The notes under the pieces: generated by a model
Told to the model about the DNA's origin: nothing
The model's input: the letters and a program-made list of their open reading frames with translations, nothing else
Database searches by the model: none
Source: Chloroflexota bacterium
Lineage (GTDB): Bacteria; Chloroflexota; UBA11872; VXOZ01
Assembly: GCA_963663275.1 (NCBI GenBank)
Contig: OY760183.1
Location: forward strand, 1,600,001 to 1,664,000
DNA length: 64,000 nucleotides
Direction of reading: 5' to 3'
Made by a program: the position numbers and the translations under genes
Part shown: positions 53,509 through 63,260 of the stretch, in pieces
How the letters are laid out: every line of letters begins with the position of its first letter
How positions within the stretch are numbered: the stretch's first letter is position 1

Positions 53509-54363
53509 CTAGCCGGCTGTCGCAACCGTCCCAGCGGCGGCGGCGTAGTAGGGCAGGGCGTTTTCGCCCGTGGCCGCGGCCAGGGCGTTCCAGGCGCGGA
53601 AGAGTTGCGCGTACATGAGGAAGTAGTCCTGGTGGGTCGGTTCGGTCTTGCCGATCTCCGATGAGAGATAGCCGTCGTAGCCGTCGCGCTGGAGCAGCCC
53701 GAAGAGTTCCGCGTAAGGAAAGCCGTTCACGAAGTCGTGCATGTGCACGTGGCCGATCAGGTGCGCCACGCGGTTGTAGGTGGAGGCCACCGAACCGCCC
53801 ACCAGGTCGCGGTTGTCGCAATTGTAGAGGATGCTCACCTGCGGGTGGTCGGCGTGCTCGACCGCGGTCATGGCGAAGTGCCAATAGTTGAACTGGCCGT
53901 GCATCTCCAGCATCACGTTCACGTCGTGGGGCGCGGCGAACTCGCCCAATTCGCGGAGCGCGTCGCCCACGTAGCGCATCACGTCTTCGCGGGCAGGCGG
54001 CGGCCCGCCGTCCACGCCTTCTTTGGGCATGTCGTTGCCAAAGACGCGAATCTGGCCCGCGTTGACGTCCGCCGCCAGTTCTATGTAGCGCTTGCTGCGC
54101 TCGATGACCTCCCGCCGTTGGGCGGCGTCCGGCGATTCGAAGCGGGAACTGGTGCTGATACCGGCGATTTCCAGGCAGGCGTCCTGCACCTGGTAGCGGG
54201 CCGCGCGGCGCTCCTCGGCGCTGGTCTCCAATTCCACGCCGTGCTTGTGGCCGGCCTCGGCGCGCAATTCCAGGCCGCTGAAGCCGCCCAGACGCGCCAC
54301 CTCGATAAGCTCCGACAGGTTCCAGTGCCGCGCCATGTTGTAGGTCAGGAGACAGAGTTTCAT
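53509..54363 (-). CDS. Sugar phosphate isomerase/epimerase (TIM barrel)
   Basis: GFSGLELR, IRVFG, LEMHG, HVHMHD, GYDGYLSSE. Confidence 0.87.
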   Translation of the reverse strand: MKLCLLTYNMARHWNLSELIEVARLGGFSGLELRAEAGHKHGVELETSAEERRAARYQVQDACLEIAGISTSSRFESPDAAQRREVIERSKRYIELAADVNAGQIRVFGNDMPKEGVDGGPPPAREDVMRYVGDALRELGEFAAPHDVNVMLEMHGQFNYWHFAMTAVEHADHPQVSILYNCDNRDLVGGSVASTYNRVAHLIGHVHMHDFVNGFPYAELFGLLQRDGYDGYLSSEIGKTEPTHQDYFLMYAQLFRAWNALAAATGENALPYYAAAAGTVATAG

Positions 54364-54530
54364 GGTGTTGCTCCAAGTAGTGTGTAGAGTTTCCCGTTGG
54401 CACGATAGCGCGCCCCGCCCGCGCCGTCAACAGCGACCGGCGGGGCGCGTATTCATCACGGAGGCGGCGCGAGCGCCTGGTCCCGAACAAGGGTGCGAAC
54501 GGTGCGGGCAGCGATTGGGGCGTGAACAGG

Positions 54531-54561
54531 TGTAGGGGCACGATATGTCGTGCCCTTACAC
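54531..54561. repeat. Family-D palindrome
   Basis: tgtaggggcacgatatgtcgtgcccttaca. Confidence 0.8.
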
Positions 54562-54653
54562 CTGTAAGCGCACGCGGCGGCCCGTTCGCGGCGCCAGGTG
54601 TGGGTATTCATTCATTGCGCGGTCGAGTATGATGGGAAAAGAGGCGCATACGA

Positions 54654-55934
54654 GTGGAGCGTGCCCTCATGCGGTGGATTGGCAGACAGCAAAGCGTACG
54701 GTTCGGCGGCCGCCCGGCGCGCCGGCACGACCGGCCCGCGCGGCTGCCGGTATGGCCGCTGCTGCTGGCGCTGTGCGCGTTGATCGGCGTCATTGGCGCT
54801 GTCGCGAGCGGGGCGTTTTTCACCGGGGACTTCCAGGCTCCCGCCGAGACGCCCAGCGCGCCGGTGACCGAGACCGCGCCCTGGCCGGTCCCGCGGACGG
54901 CAAGCGCCACGAACATTGGGCTGGCGTTCGAGTCGCCGCCAACGGCAAGCGTCGCCACACCGCAGCCGGCTGCCGTTGCTCCTGCGCCCACCGTCGCGCC
55001 GCCACTGCCGCAGTCCGCCCGGCTGGTTGGCCTCCGGCACGAGTACCAGGGGTGGAACAATTGCGCCCCCACGTCCCTCGGCATGGTGCTCAGCTACTTC
55101 GACCGCGCGGAGGCGCAGCACGAAATCGCGCCCTTCCTCAAGCCCGATCCCAACGACAAGAACGTAAGCCCGCATGAGATCGCCGCGTACGCCCAGAGCA
55201 TTGGCCTGCGCGCGCACGTGGGCGTCGCCGGCGACCTGGCCCTGCTCAAGCGACTCCTGGCCGCCGGGTTGCCCGTTATCGTAGAGTTCTGGTTCGAGCC
55301 GGATCCGGATGACGGCATGGGACACTACCGCGTGCTGTCCGGCTACGACGAGCAGGCCGGCGCGTTCTACGCCTACGATTCGTACGTGGGCCCCAACGTG
55401 ACAATGGCCTACGCGGATCTGGACGCCGTGTGGCAGGTGTTTAACCGCGCGTACGTGGTCGTCTATCCGCCGGAGAGCCAGACCGCCGTGGATACGATTC
55501 TTACCGAAAGTTACGGCGGCGCGCCGATGTGGGAGCGCGCGCTGCGCATCGCCCAGGAAGAGATTGCGCGGGATCAGAACGATGCGTTCGCCTGGTTCAA
55601 CCTGGGCAGCAGCGCGCTACGGCTCGGGGACACCCAGCAGGCGGTTCACGCCTTCGATTGGGCGCGCCAACTCGGCCTGCCCTGGCGTATGTTCTGGTAT
55701 CAATTCAGCCCGTTCGAGGCCTATTGGGCGCAGGGCCGGTACCAGGACGTCATCGCACTGGCCGAGGCCAATCTGGCAATCGTCTCCGTGGAGGAATGGC
55801 ACTACTGGCGCGGGCGGGCGCGGGAGGCGTTGGGCGACGCGGAGGGCGCGCGCAGCGACTACCAGGCCGCCGTGGCGTTGAATGCCAACTTCACCGCCGC
55901 CAAGGAAGCGCTGGCCGAGAGCAACGCGGCCTGA
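54654..55934 (+). CDS. Membrane-anchored C39-like cysteine peptidase with C-terminal TPRs
   Basis: N-terminal TM plus Pro/Thr linker; YQGWNNCAPTS, GHYRVLSGYD, YDSY; AFAWFNLG and HYWRGRA TPR motifs. Confidence 0.85.
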   Translation: MERALMRWIGRQQSVRFGGRPARRHDRPARLPVWPLLLALCALIGVIGAVASGAFFTGDFQAPAETPSAPVTETAPWPVPRTASATNIGLAFESPPTASVATPQPAAVAPAPTVAPPLPQSARLVGLRHEYQGWNNCAPTSLGMVLSYFDRAEAQHEIAPFLKPDPNDKNVSPHEIAAYAQSIGLRAHVGVAGDLALLKRLLAAGLPVIVEFWFEPDPDDGMGHYRVLSGYDEQAGAFYAYDSYVGPNVTMAYADLDAVWQVFNRAYVVVYPPESQTAVDTILTESYGGAPMWERALRIAQEEIARDQNDAFAWFNLGSSALRLGDTQQAVHAFDWARQLGLPWRMFWYQFSPFEAYWAQGRYQDVIALAEANLAIVSVEEWHYWRGRAREALGDAEGARSDYQAAVALNANFTAAKEALAESNAA

Positions 55935-56078
55935 GCGCGGGGACCGCGTTTGTCGTTCATGGTGGGACGTCCGCGCCCGGCCTGGCGTTCTATGCCGGTG
56001 TGCCAAGCGGAAGGGACGCAGGTTACAAACCCGCGCTACCGGAGGTAGGGAGCTTTTTGCTGGGGCAGCGGCGCGATT

Positions 56079-56870
56079 CTAGTAGTGAATATCCTTGCCT
56101 AACTCTTTCACCCCGGCGGAGAATTGGTCGAGCGCGCCGCTGAGCATCTCCCGGGCGTCGCGGTCTGAGGCCGCCCGCGCCACAAAGTCCACCGGCATGT
56201 GGGTATCGCTGCGCAGGGCCACGTACGCCTTCGCGTAGAGGCCGGGATATTGTTGCATCGCCTCTTCGATGAGCGGCGAGCACTCGGACTCGCTCATGTT
56301 CACGAACACGCGGCGGGCGGCGCTCTTGGTCTCGAGCGAATCCGAAATGGCGGTCGCCACGTAGCGATCGAAAAGCGCCTCCATCTCGCGCGGCGGGCCC
56401 GGCATCACGAAGTAGGTCGTCTCGGCTTTGCTCACCTGGATGCAGGGCGCCCATCCGGCCGGGCTTGCCCAGACGACTGCGTTTTCCGGCACGGTAGCCA
56501 TCTTGCGCAGGCCGGGGGTCAGGTCGTCGGCGCTCATTTGCCGCCGCCGCTGGTAGTCTTCCAGCAGGTTTGGCTCCTCGTAGGTACCCACGCCCAAGAG
56601 CCGCGCCAGGGCCTCCACGGTAATGTCGTCGGGCGTAGGGCCGAGGCCGCCGGTGACCACCACGAAGTCCGCGCCGGCGTCGGCGGCGTCTTGCAGCGCG
56701 GCGATAATTTCATCCAGCACGTCGGGAAGCACGACGATCCGCCGCACTTCCGCGCCCAGGTCGGTAAGTTGCTGCGCCAGCCAGAATGAATTGGTGTCCT
56801 GGATGCGGCCTAGCACCAGTTCGGTGCCAATGGCCACGATCCGCACCGTGGGAACGTGAGGGTCCGGCAC
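56079..56870 (-). CDS. CinA-like competence/damage-inducible protein (molybdopterin-binding domain only)
   Basis: IGTELVLGRIQDTNS, TGGLGPTPDDIT, MPGPPREM. Confidence 0.88.
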   Translation of the reverse strand: MPDPHVPTVRIVAIGTELVLGRIQDTNSFWLAQQLTDLGAEVRRIVVLPDVLDEIIAALQDAADAGADFVVVTGGLGPTPDDITVEALARLLGVGTYEEPNLLEDYQRRRQMSADDLTPGLRKMATVPENAVVWASPAGWAPCIQVSKAETTYFVMPGPPREMEALFDRYVATAISDSLETKSAARRVFVNMSESECSPLIEEAMQQYPGLYAKAYVALRSDTHMPVDFVARAASDRDAREMLSGALDQFSAGVKELGKDIHY

Positions 56871-56884
56871 GCTTTTCTCTCCTT

Positions 56885-58621
56885 CTATCCAAAGAACGGC
56901 AGCCGCCAGCCCTCCAGGGGCGAGCGCACGCGCGTGACGTTCTTCCTCGTCTTGATGTACCAGCGGTCGATTTCGGCCAAGCGGGATTCAACGGTGGGCA
57001 GCACCATGGGCACGCTGACGCCGCGCACGGTGGCGCGCACGGCAAAGCTGTAGCGCGGCGTGAGCAGCATCAAGCTGGGCGCTTCCTCGGCGAACGTGCG
57101 CTGGAAGTCCGCGTACATGGCTTTGCGTTCGTTCTGGTCCAGGGTGTGGCGGGCGTTCTGGAGCGCCTCGTCCACGCGGGGATCGACGAATCCGGCAAAG
57201 TTCCAGCCGCTGTCGATCTGGCTCGAGTGCCACGTCACGTACGGATCGGGATCCAGGCCGTCCAGCAGCCAGGTGTAGAGGGCGATGTCGAACTCACGGG
57301 TCAGCAGAAAGTCGTTGAGCAAACCGGAGGGGCGCTCGGCTTGCACCGCGGCGGCGATGCCAACCGCCCACAATTGCTCCACGATCGCTTCGGCGAGTCT
57401 AATCTGGTCCGGCGCGTCCGTAGTCAGCAGCGTGAGCGAGAGGCGCACGCCGTCCTTGGCGCGCACTTGATCCGGGCCGGGCCTCCAGCCGGCTTCGTCC
57501 AGGAGCGCCCGGCTCTTCTGCGGGTCGTACGGGTAGCGCGCCACGTCATTGAAATAGGCCCACGAGAGCGGCAAAATCGGACTTTCCAGCGGATCCGCGG
57601 CGCCCGCCAGCACGTCCCGCGCCAGGTATTCGCGGTCGATGGCGTGGGCAATCGCTTGCCGCACCGCGCGCTCGTAGAACTGGTTGCGGCGCAGATTGAA
57701 GTAGAGAATCGTATAGCCGGCCAGCGGCGCGCTATAGGCCTGCACGTCGGCCAATGCCTCCACCCGGCCGGCTTCCGCGGCCGGCAGGTAGCTCACGCCT
57801 TCCACCTCGCCTCGCTCCAGGGCCGTAATGGTAGCCTTGGCGTTGGGATAGAACTTGAACTTGATGAAGCGGATGCGGGGGCGGCCGTTGTGGTACGCCT
57901 CGTTCACCCGCAGCAGGGCGGATTCCTCGGTGACCTCCACCACCCGGTACGGGCCGGTGCCGATTGGCCGCAGATTGAAGAGGCTGAGCCTGATTTGATC
58001 GATGGTAATCCCGTCCAAACGATGACGGGGCAGGATGCCGATGGTGGCGTACTCGAGGATGGGCACGTAGACGTTGTTGAGCACAAAGACGCGCACGGCC
58101 CAGTCGCCGGCGCGCTCTGCCCTGACGTTGCTCCATACGGGATGATTGTGCTGGGGACTGGACAAGAGCGCGAAGGTGAAGAGCACGTCGTCCGCCGTAA
58201 AGGCCGCGCCGTCGTGCCACGTCACGTCGGACCGCAGGAAGAACGTGTAGGAACGGCTGGCGGTGTCGATCTCCCAGCCGGTGGCCAGGTCGGGCACGAT
58301 CGCGCCGTCGGGCGCGTAGGCGGTGAGGCCGTTGAAGACCAGTTGGGAAATGGTGCGCGCCGTCTCGTCCTGGGCAAGGACGGAAACCAACGTGGGCGGC
58401 GGTCCCAACGTGCCTTCGATGTAGGTGCCGCCGTAGTCGGGGACGTCTTCAACGGTGGCGGCATAGGCGAAATACGCCAGCAGCGCCGCCACCAGCAGCG
58501 AACCGACGCCGCCGACCAGGACCGCGCCGGCAATGCGCGAAGAGGAGGGCGACCTCATCGAAGATGGAGATCTCATCGGAGACGGCGATTTCGTCGAAGA
58601 CGGCGCAATTCGATCAGCCAT
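56885..58621 (-). CDS. Peptide ABC transporter substrate-binding protein (family 5), TM-anchored
   Basis: GGTYIEG, PDLATGW, WHDGAAFTADDV, PIGTGPY, VRQAIAHAIDR, LLDEAGW. Confidence 0.92.
   Translation of the reverse strand: MADRIAPSSTKSPSPMRSPSSMRSPSSSRIAGAVLVGGVGSLLVAALLAYFAYAATVEDVPDYGGTYIEGTLGPPPTLVSVLAQDETARTISQLVFNGLTAYAPDGAIVPDLATGWEIDTASRSYTFFLRSDVTWHDGAAFTADDVLFTFALLSSPQHNHPVWSNVRAERAGDWAVRVFVLNNVYVPILEYATIGILPRHRLDGITIDQIRLSLFNLRPIGTGPYRVVEVTEESALLRVNEAYHNGRPRIRFIKFKFYPNAKATITALERGEVEGVSYLPAAEAGRVEALADVQAYSAPLAGYTILYFNLRRNQFYERAVRQAIAHAIDREYLARDVLAGAADPLESPILPLSWAYFNDVARYPYDPQKSRALLDEAGWRPGPDQVRAKDGVRLSLTLLTTDAPDQIRLAEAIVEQLWAVGIAAAVQAERPSGLLNDFLLTREFDIALYTWLLDGLDPDPYVTWHSSQIDSGWNFAGFVDPRVDEALQNARHTLDQNERKAMYADFQRTFAEEAPSLMLLTPRYSFAVRATVRGVSVPMVLPTVESRLAEIDRWYIKTRKNVTRVRSPLEGWRLPFFG
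58542..58613 (-). repeat. Intragenic degenerate 4 x 18 bp repeat (MRSPSS-like hexapeptide)
   Basis: Units at 58542, 58560, 58578 and 58596. Confidence 0.7.
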
Positions 58622-58641
58622 GCTTCACGCCCAGCCGCGCG

Positions 58642-58857
58642 CTAGATGCGCACGAGGATGATCGACACGAGGATGAAGAGCGCCGCGATGCCAATCGTGA
58701 CGTTGAAGAGCAGCCGGTCGACGCCGCGGCGCGTATTGTGAATGGTGTCCGAGCCGCCAAACGCCGAGCCCAGCGCGGCGCCGCCCGCCTGCAACAGCAC
58801 CGCCGCCACCAGCGCGACGGACAGGATGATCTGTATTATCTGGAGATATTGTTCCAT
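58642..58857 (-). CDS. secG: Preprotein translocase subunit SecG
   Basis: Two TMs, VLLQ..G..LGSAFGG, TRRG; 71 aa. Confidence 0.9.
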   Translation of the reverse strand: MEQYLQIIQIILSVALVAAVLLQAGGAALGSAFGGSDTIHNTRRGVDRLLFNVTIGIAALFILVSIILVRI

Positions 58858-59060
58858 CTGGACTTTCTTCTCCTCACTCTGCAATATCTTATTCCGCGGG
58901 TGACTGCCGCGCCGGCGCGCAACCGGCGCCGGACGCGCCGTCAAGGCCGCCGCGCAGTATGCGTCACCGTGCCGCGATGCCGCGACTTCGGCCCGTTCAG
59001 CCAATTCCTCACCGTGGGGAGGCAGCCTCCACCAGGGGCGGGCATCGTCATGTCCGCTTC

Positions 59061-59069
59061 ATTATACCA
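59061..59069 (-). promoter_or_regulatory. Extended -10 promoter upstream of secG
   Basis: Minus strand TGgTATAAT. Confidence 0.5.
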
Positions 59070-59118
59070 AGTCTGAGCGGAGGGAGAGCGGCGGTTTGAT
59101 TGTGGCGCGCTGTACTAC

Positions 59119-59276
59119 CCGTTCACCCTTCGACGCGGCTCAGGGCGAACGGATAGAACAGCGCATAATAGTCCTATGGGGCTACATGGGGGCTTGTCCC
59201 CCGCCGGAGAAAGAGAAGCGGTCACGCCAAGGATTGACCGTAGAGCGAACGCAGGTTGCAAACCTGCGCTACCGGA
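59119..59276. repeat. Mosaic of REP-like families F, B and E
   Basis: ccgttcacccttcgacgcggctcagggcgaacgg; gggggcttgtccccc; cgcaggttgcaaacctgcgctacc. Confidence 0.8.
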
Positions 59277-59452
59277 GCTGGAGTTCTATCGGAGTTGCAG
59301 GTCAGAGAGTGCCTGCGTCGCGTGTCAGGGATGTTGTGCCAAAATCGAGACTTGACAGTCGCTTTCTCGGTGCGCCGGAGGCCCCGGCTCATGCGCATCT
59401 ACGCTACAATGGCTAGGCGCAACCGCCAGTTAGCATGAGAGGAGACCGCAGC

Positions 59453-60322
59453 GTGTATAAGAAGATCAGTGGCTTTGGCGATGAGATTACCGACGACTTC
59501 GGCGCGCAACTCGACGCCATGCAGGAAATCGGCATCGACTACATCGAAGTGCGCAATCTGGCCTTCGACGGGAAGCCCAGGGACGTGGTGGTCGATCTCT
59601 CGGAAGACGACTTGCGGGCGGCGAAACAGGCGCTGGACAGCCGCGGCATGAGGGTTTCCGCCATCGGCTCGCCGATCGGCAAGATCGGCATTACCGACGA
59701 CTTCGACGCGCATCTGGAACGCTTCCAGGGCGCGTTGCGCGCCGCCGACGTGTTTGAGACCTCCGCAATCCGCATGTTCTCCTTCTTCATGCCGGAGGGC
59801 GAAGACCCGGCGCAGTACCGGGATGAAGTGATGCGCCGCCTCCAGGCGCTGAGCGACGCGGCGCGGCGGTACCGGCCGGACATCATGCTGCTGCACGAGA
59901 ACGAGAGCGACATCTACGGCGACACGCCGGCGCGCTGCCAGGACATCTTCGAGTCGGTCGGCGCCGAGAACCTCCGCCTTACCCTCGACCCGGCAAACTT
60001 CGTGGCCTGCGGCGTGAAGCCCTATACCGAGGCCTACCCCGCGCTGAAACCCTGGCTGCAATATGTGCACGTGAAGGACAAGGAATCGCCGCAAGGCAAG
60101 GTGGTCATCGCCGGTGAAGGCGGCGCGGAATGGCGCGAACTCCTGCGCGCGTTGAAAGCCGACGGGTACGACGGCTTCTTCTCGCTGGAACCGCACTTGC
60201 AGGTGGCGGGCCGCTCCTTTGGCTACACCGGGCACGACCTCTTCGCCCAGGCGCACGCGGGCTTGATGACCCTGCTGACGGAAACCGGCTGGCAGTCCGC
60301 GCCCGCTGGCGGCGCCGCGTAG
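59453..60322 (+). CDS. Sugar phosphate isomerase/epimerase (TIM barrel)
   Basis: ISGFGDEI, IGSPIGK, IRMFSF, LHENE, DPANF, VHVKD, SLEPH; GAGGAG RBS before GTG. Confidence 0.88.
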   Translation: MYKKISGFGDEITDDFGAQLDAMQEIGIDYIEVRNLAFDGKPRDVVVDLSEDDLRAAKQALDSRGMRVSAIGSPIGKIGITDDFDAHLERFQGALRAADVFETSAIRMFSFFMPEGEDPAQYRDEVMRRLQALSDAARRYRPDIMLLHENESDIYGDTPARCQDIFESVGAENLRLTLDPANFVACGVKPYTEAYPALKPWLQYVHVKDKESPQGKVVIAGEGGAEWRELLRALKADGYDGFFSLEPHLQVAGRSFGYTGHDLFAQAHAGLMTLLTETGWQSAPAGGAA

Positions 60323-60347
60323 TCCGCTGCCGCACACGTGCGGTGTA

Positions 60348-60483
60348 CGACAAAGGCGTAGGTTCACGACAGAGGTGTAGGGGCACGACAAAGGAGTGGG
60401 TGCCCGATAAAGGTGTAGAGGCACGACAGAGTTGTAGGTACGCGACAAAGGTGTAGGGGCACGACATGTCGTGCCCCTACACC
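60348..60483. repeat. 6 x 19 bp tandem array ending in a perfect 34-bp family-D palindrome
   Basis: CGA units at 60348, 60367, 60386, 60405, 60424, 60443 and 60462; palindrome at 60450-60483. Confidence 0.92.
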
Positions 60484-60579
60484 GGGCGGCAAACCCTTTT
60501 AGGCATCGTTTTCGTAACTGTCCACTCTCCTGCGGCCGCATTGCGCGGCGCGGGTCTCTGCACGGGCGCGCGTTGGGGG

Positions 60580-62325
60580 CTAGGCGATTTCCGTGATGGA
60601 GACGCTATCGAACCAGGCCGTGCCTGTCGTGCCCGGCAGGGCGGAGAGCGCCACCCGGCAGCAGTAGACATAATCCGGCAAGACGGGTGTGGCGACTGCA
60701 AGGCGCGTCCAGTCCTGGCCGGCTGCGCCGCGTTCGCTGCCGCCAACCGGTTCTGAGCGCGCGCGGCCAAGGAAGCCCATGTCGCCGTTCCATTCCAGCG
60801 AGACCGTCATCCCTCCGCCGCGCAGGTCTTTCGTGCGCACCCAGGCTTCGAGCGCGTAGCGTTTGCCGGCGGTGGCCGCGAGCAGTTTGCCGTCGTCATT
60901 CAGCACGCGGCGGATTGCGGGCACGATTGGCTCCGCGCCGTCGCTGTGCCAGCGGATGCTTTCCTGGCTCGTGCGCGCCACCGCCCCGTCGCGGGCGTAC
61001 TGCGGGCGCGGCAGCACCCAGCGCGCCGCGCCTTCTTCCATGCCTGCCACCACCGTGCCATGCGGCGGCAGGTCGGGATACGGCAGTTGCGGGCTGGCGG
61101 CGGACAATTCCGGCAGGGCCGCCGCCGGTTTGCGCAACGTCAGCGTGTCGAAGCAATTGCCGTCGGTGTCGATGGCGCGCACCCGGCATTCGTCCGGCGC
61201 AACCGACGTGAGTAGCAGGTGGTTGACGGGCTTTGCCAACGCCGAAACGGGATGCAGGTGGTCCCAGAGTTCGCTGGGCGCCAGGCTCATGTCGTAGCCG
61301 CCGCCGCCGGAGACGAAGTAGACCACGCCGATTTGGCTGTCGTACTCTCCGCCCCGCAGCGGATGGAAGCGCTCGTAGATGGTGGCGTGGGCGGTGTACA
61401 CGATGTCCACGCCGTAGCGTTCGAACAAGGGGCAGAGCGCGCGGGTGGCCGGTATCTCGCAATTGTTCGAACAGTACGGCGGATGATGGAAGACGACGAA
61501 TTTCCAGCGGGCGTTCTGAAAAGTCTTGAGGTCGTGTTCCAGCCAGTGCCATTGCTCCGAGCCGGGCCGGTAGTCCAAGTTGCTGTTGAGCACGGTGAAG
61601 TGCGCCGCGCCGTAGTTGAAGGAATACCAGTAGTGGGGTTCCGGGTAGTTGAAGTAGCGGAAGTAGCCCTCGTTGGGGGAGTCGTGATTGCCCATGGCGG
61701 CGAACCACGGCGTGTAAGGCAGAAGATTCGACGTGCACGCGAAGAAATCGCTGAAGCGCGCAATCTCGTCCTGGGCGTGGTCGCCGGCCCCGACGCAGAT
61801 GTCCGCCCGGTAGGCGCGGGCAAGGCCGGCGTTGCGGCGGTGGACGTGGTTGACACGCAGGCTGTCGCCGTAGGTGGCGAACGAGAAGGGCGAGTTTGCG
61901 CGAACGGCGGTGCGAAAGCTGGCGGGGGCTGAGGTGACTGTTTCTTTTCCCAACGGTGAATGGGCATGATTTTGGTTGGCAGGAGAGAAGACCCCCTCAC
62001 CCCGGCCCTCTCCCCAGGGAGAGGGAGAGAAAGAGGAAGGGGGAGAGGGGGAAGTCTGCGGGATTGCGGAGCAAGAGGAAACCCGGTAGAAGTAGTCTTG
62101 TTCGGCCTCGAGGCCGGTGATGCGGACGGCGTGGACTGTGCGCGGTTCGGGGTCTTCGCTGCGGCAGGGATAGGTCGGTTCCGGCCGGCCAGCGTAGGCG
62201 CTCCAGCCCAGGCGGGCGCTGCGTTCGTACTCCACGACAGAGGTGGCGGGTTCGTCGGTCTGCCACATGATGGTGATCGCGTCGTGGGCCACGTTTTGCA
62301 GATACGGGCCGGCGGTGATTTTCAT
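60580..62325 (-). CDS. Purple-acid-phosphatase-like metallophosphoesterase (FN3 + calcineurin-like + C-terminal CBM-like domain)
   Basis: GPYLQ, ITIMWQT, YFYRV, YGDS, GD, GNHD, FHHPPY; C-terminal WVRT...GTAWFDSV. Confidence 0.85.
   Translation of the reverse strand: MKITAGPYLQNVAHDAITIMWQTDEPATSVVEYERSARLGWSAYAGRPEPTYPCRSEDPEPRTVHAVRITGLEAEQDYFYRVSSCSAIPQTSPSPPSSFSPSPWGEGRGEGVFSPANQNHAHSPLGKETVTSAPASFRTAVRANSPFSFATYGDSLRVNHVHRRNAGLARAYRADICVGAGDHAQDEIARFSDFFACTSNLLPYTPWFAAMGNHDSPNEGYFRYFNYPEPHYWYSFNYGAAHFTVLNSNLDYRPGSEQWHWLEHDLKTFQNARWKFVVFHHPPYCSNNCEIPATRALCPLFERYGVDIVYTAHATIYERFHPLRGGEYDSQIGVVYFVSGGGGYDMSLAPSELWDHLHPVSALAKPVNHLLLTSVAPDECRVRAIDTDGNCFDTLTLRKPAAALPELSAASPQLPYPDLPPHGTVVAGMEEGAARWVLPRPQYARDGAVARTSQESIRWHSDGAEPIVPAIRRVLNDDGKLLAATAGKRYALEAWVRTKDLRGGGMTVSLEWNGDMGFLGRARSEPVGGSERGAAGQDWTRLAVATPVLPDYVYCCRVALSALPGTTGTAWFDSVSITEIA
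61994..62026. repeat. Family-A palindrome inside the metallophosphoesterase CDS
   Basis: ccctcaccccggccctctccccagggagaggga, translated as SPSPWGEGRGEG. Confidence 0.88.
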
Positions 62326-62330
62326 ACGCG

Positions 62331-63260
62331 CTACCGCTGGTACGACCACACGTCGTTGTAAAGCGTATCGCCAAAGCCGCCGATCACCCAGAGCTTGTCC
62401 CGGTATGCGAGGCAGACCGGCGCGTGGCGAATCGGCCAGATAGGATCGCCAACCGCTTCCGTCCAATGCGCGCCGTCGGAAGAGAACCAGACGTCGTTGC
62501 GGTTGCCGTTGTGGTGGCCGCCGATGATCCACAGCTTGTCGTCGTACACTGCCGAGGCGTGGAAGCGGCGTTCTTCCCACTCAGCCTGGACGTTAACCAG
62601 ATCCCACTTCTTGCCGTCGGTGGAGCGCCATACGTCGTTATGGTTGACAACGGTATTGTTCGGGTAGTTGGTGTTGTAGACGCCGCCGCCCATGAGCCAC
62701 ATTGTGCCGTCGAAGACGACCGAGGTGTGCATACTGCGGGCGCTCCACGGCGCGTGCTCCGTTACCAGGTCCCAATGCTCGCCGTCGGTTGACGTCCAGA
62801 CGTCCTGATAGTGGTGAAACTTCTCGATGTCGAAGCCGCCAAAGAGCCACATTCTGCCGTCATAGACTACGGCGGAGGCCGCGGTGCGCCGCCCCCACGG
62901 CGCATTCTCGGTGGCGGCAACCCAGTCTTTGCCGTCGGCGGAACACCAGACGTCTTGCAGAGAAATGTCGGGTTTGTCCGAGCCGCCAAAGAGCCAGACC
63001 TTGTCGTTGTAGACCAGCGTGCAGGGGAGGTTGCGCTTGCGCCACGGCGCGGCGGGCGTGACTGCCTCCCAGTGGACGCCGTCGGACGACGACCAGACGT
63101 CGTTGACGCGGGTGGGGATGAAACCGCCGAATATCCACATCTTATCGCGGAAGACGGCTGCTCCCATGGAGTCGCGCTTCGTCCACGGGGCTTGGGCCGT
63201 TTCTTGTTGCCAGGTTATGCGCGCCGCTTGGCTTGTTGAGTCAGTTGGCATGGGTGTCAT
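62331..63260 (-). CDS. Kelch-like beta-propeller protein
   Basis: Six repeats of [FY]xxK[ML]Wx[FI]GG....NDVWxSxDGxxW....APW. Confidence 0.88.
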   Translation of the reverse strand: MTPMPTDSTSQAARITWQQETAQAPWTKRDSMGAAVFRDKMWIFGGFIPTRVNDVWSSSDGVHWEAVTPAAPWRKRNLPCTLVYNDKVWLFGGSDKPDISLQDVWCSADGKDWVAATENAPWGRRTAASAVVYDGRMWLFGGFDIEKFHHYQDVWTSTDGEHWDLVTEHAPWSARSMHTSVVFDGTMWLMGGGVYNTNYPNNTVVNHNDVWRSTDGKKWDLVNVQAEWEERRFHASAVYDDKLWIIGGHHNGNRNDVWFSSDGAHWTEAVGDPIWPIRHAPVCLAYRDKLWVIGGFGDTLYNDVWSYQR

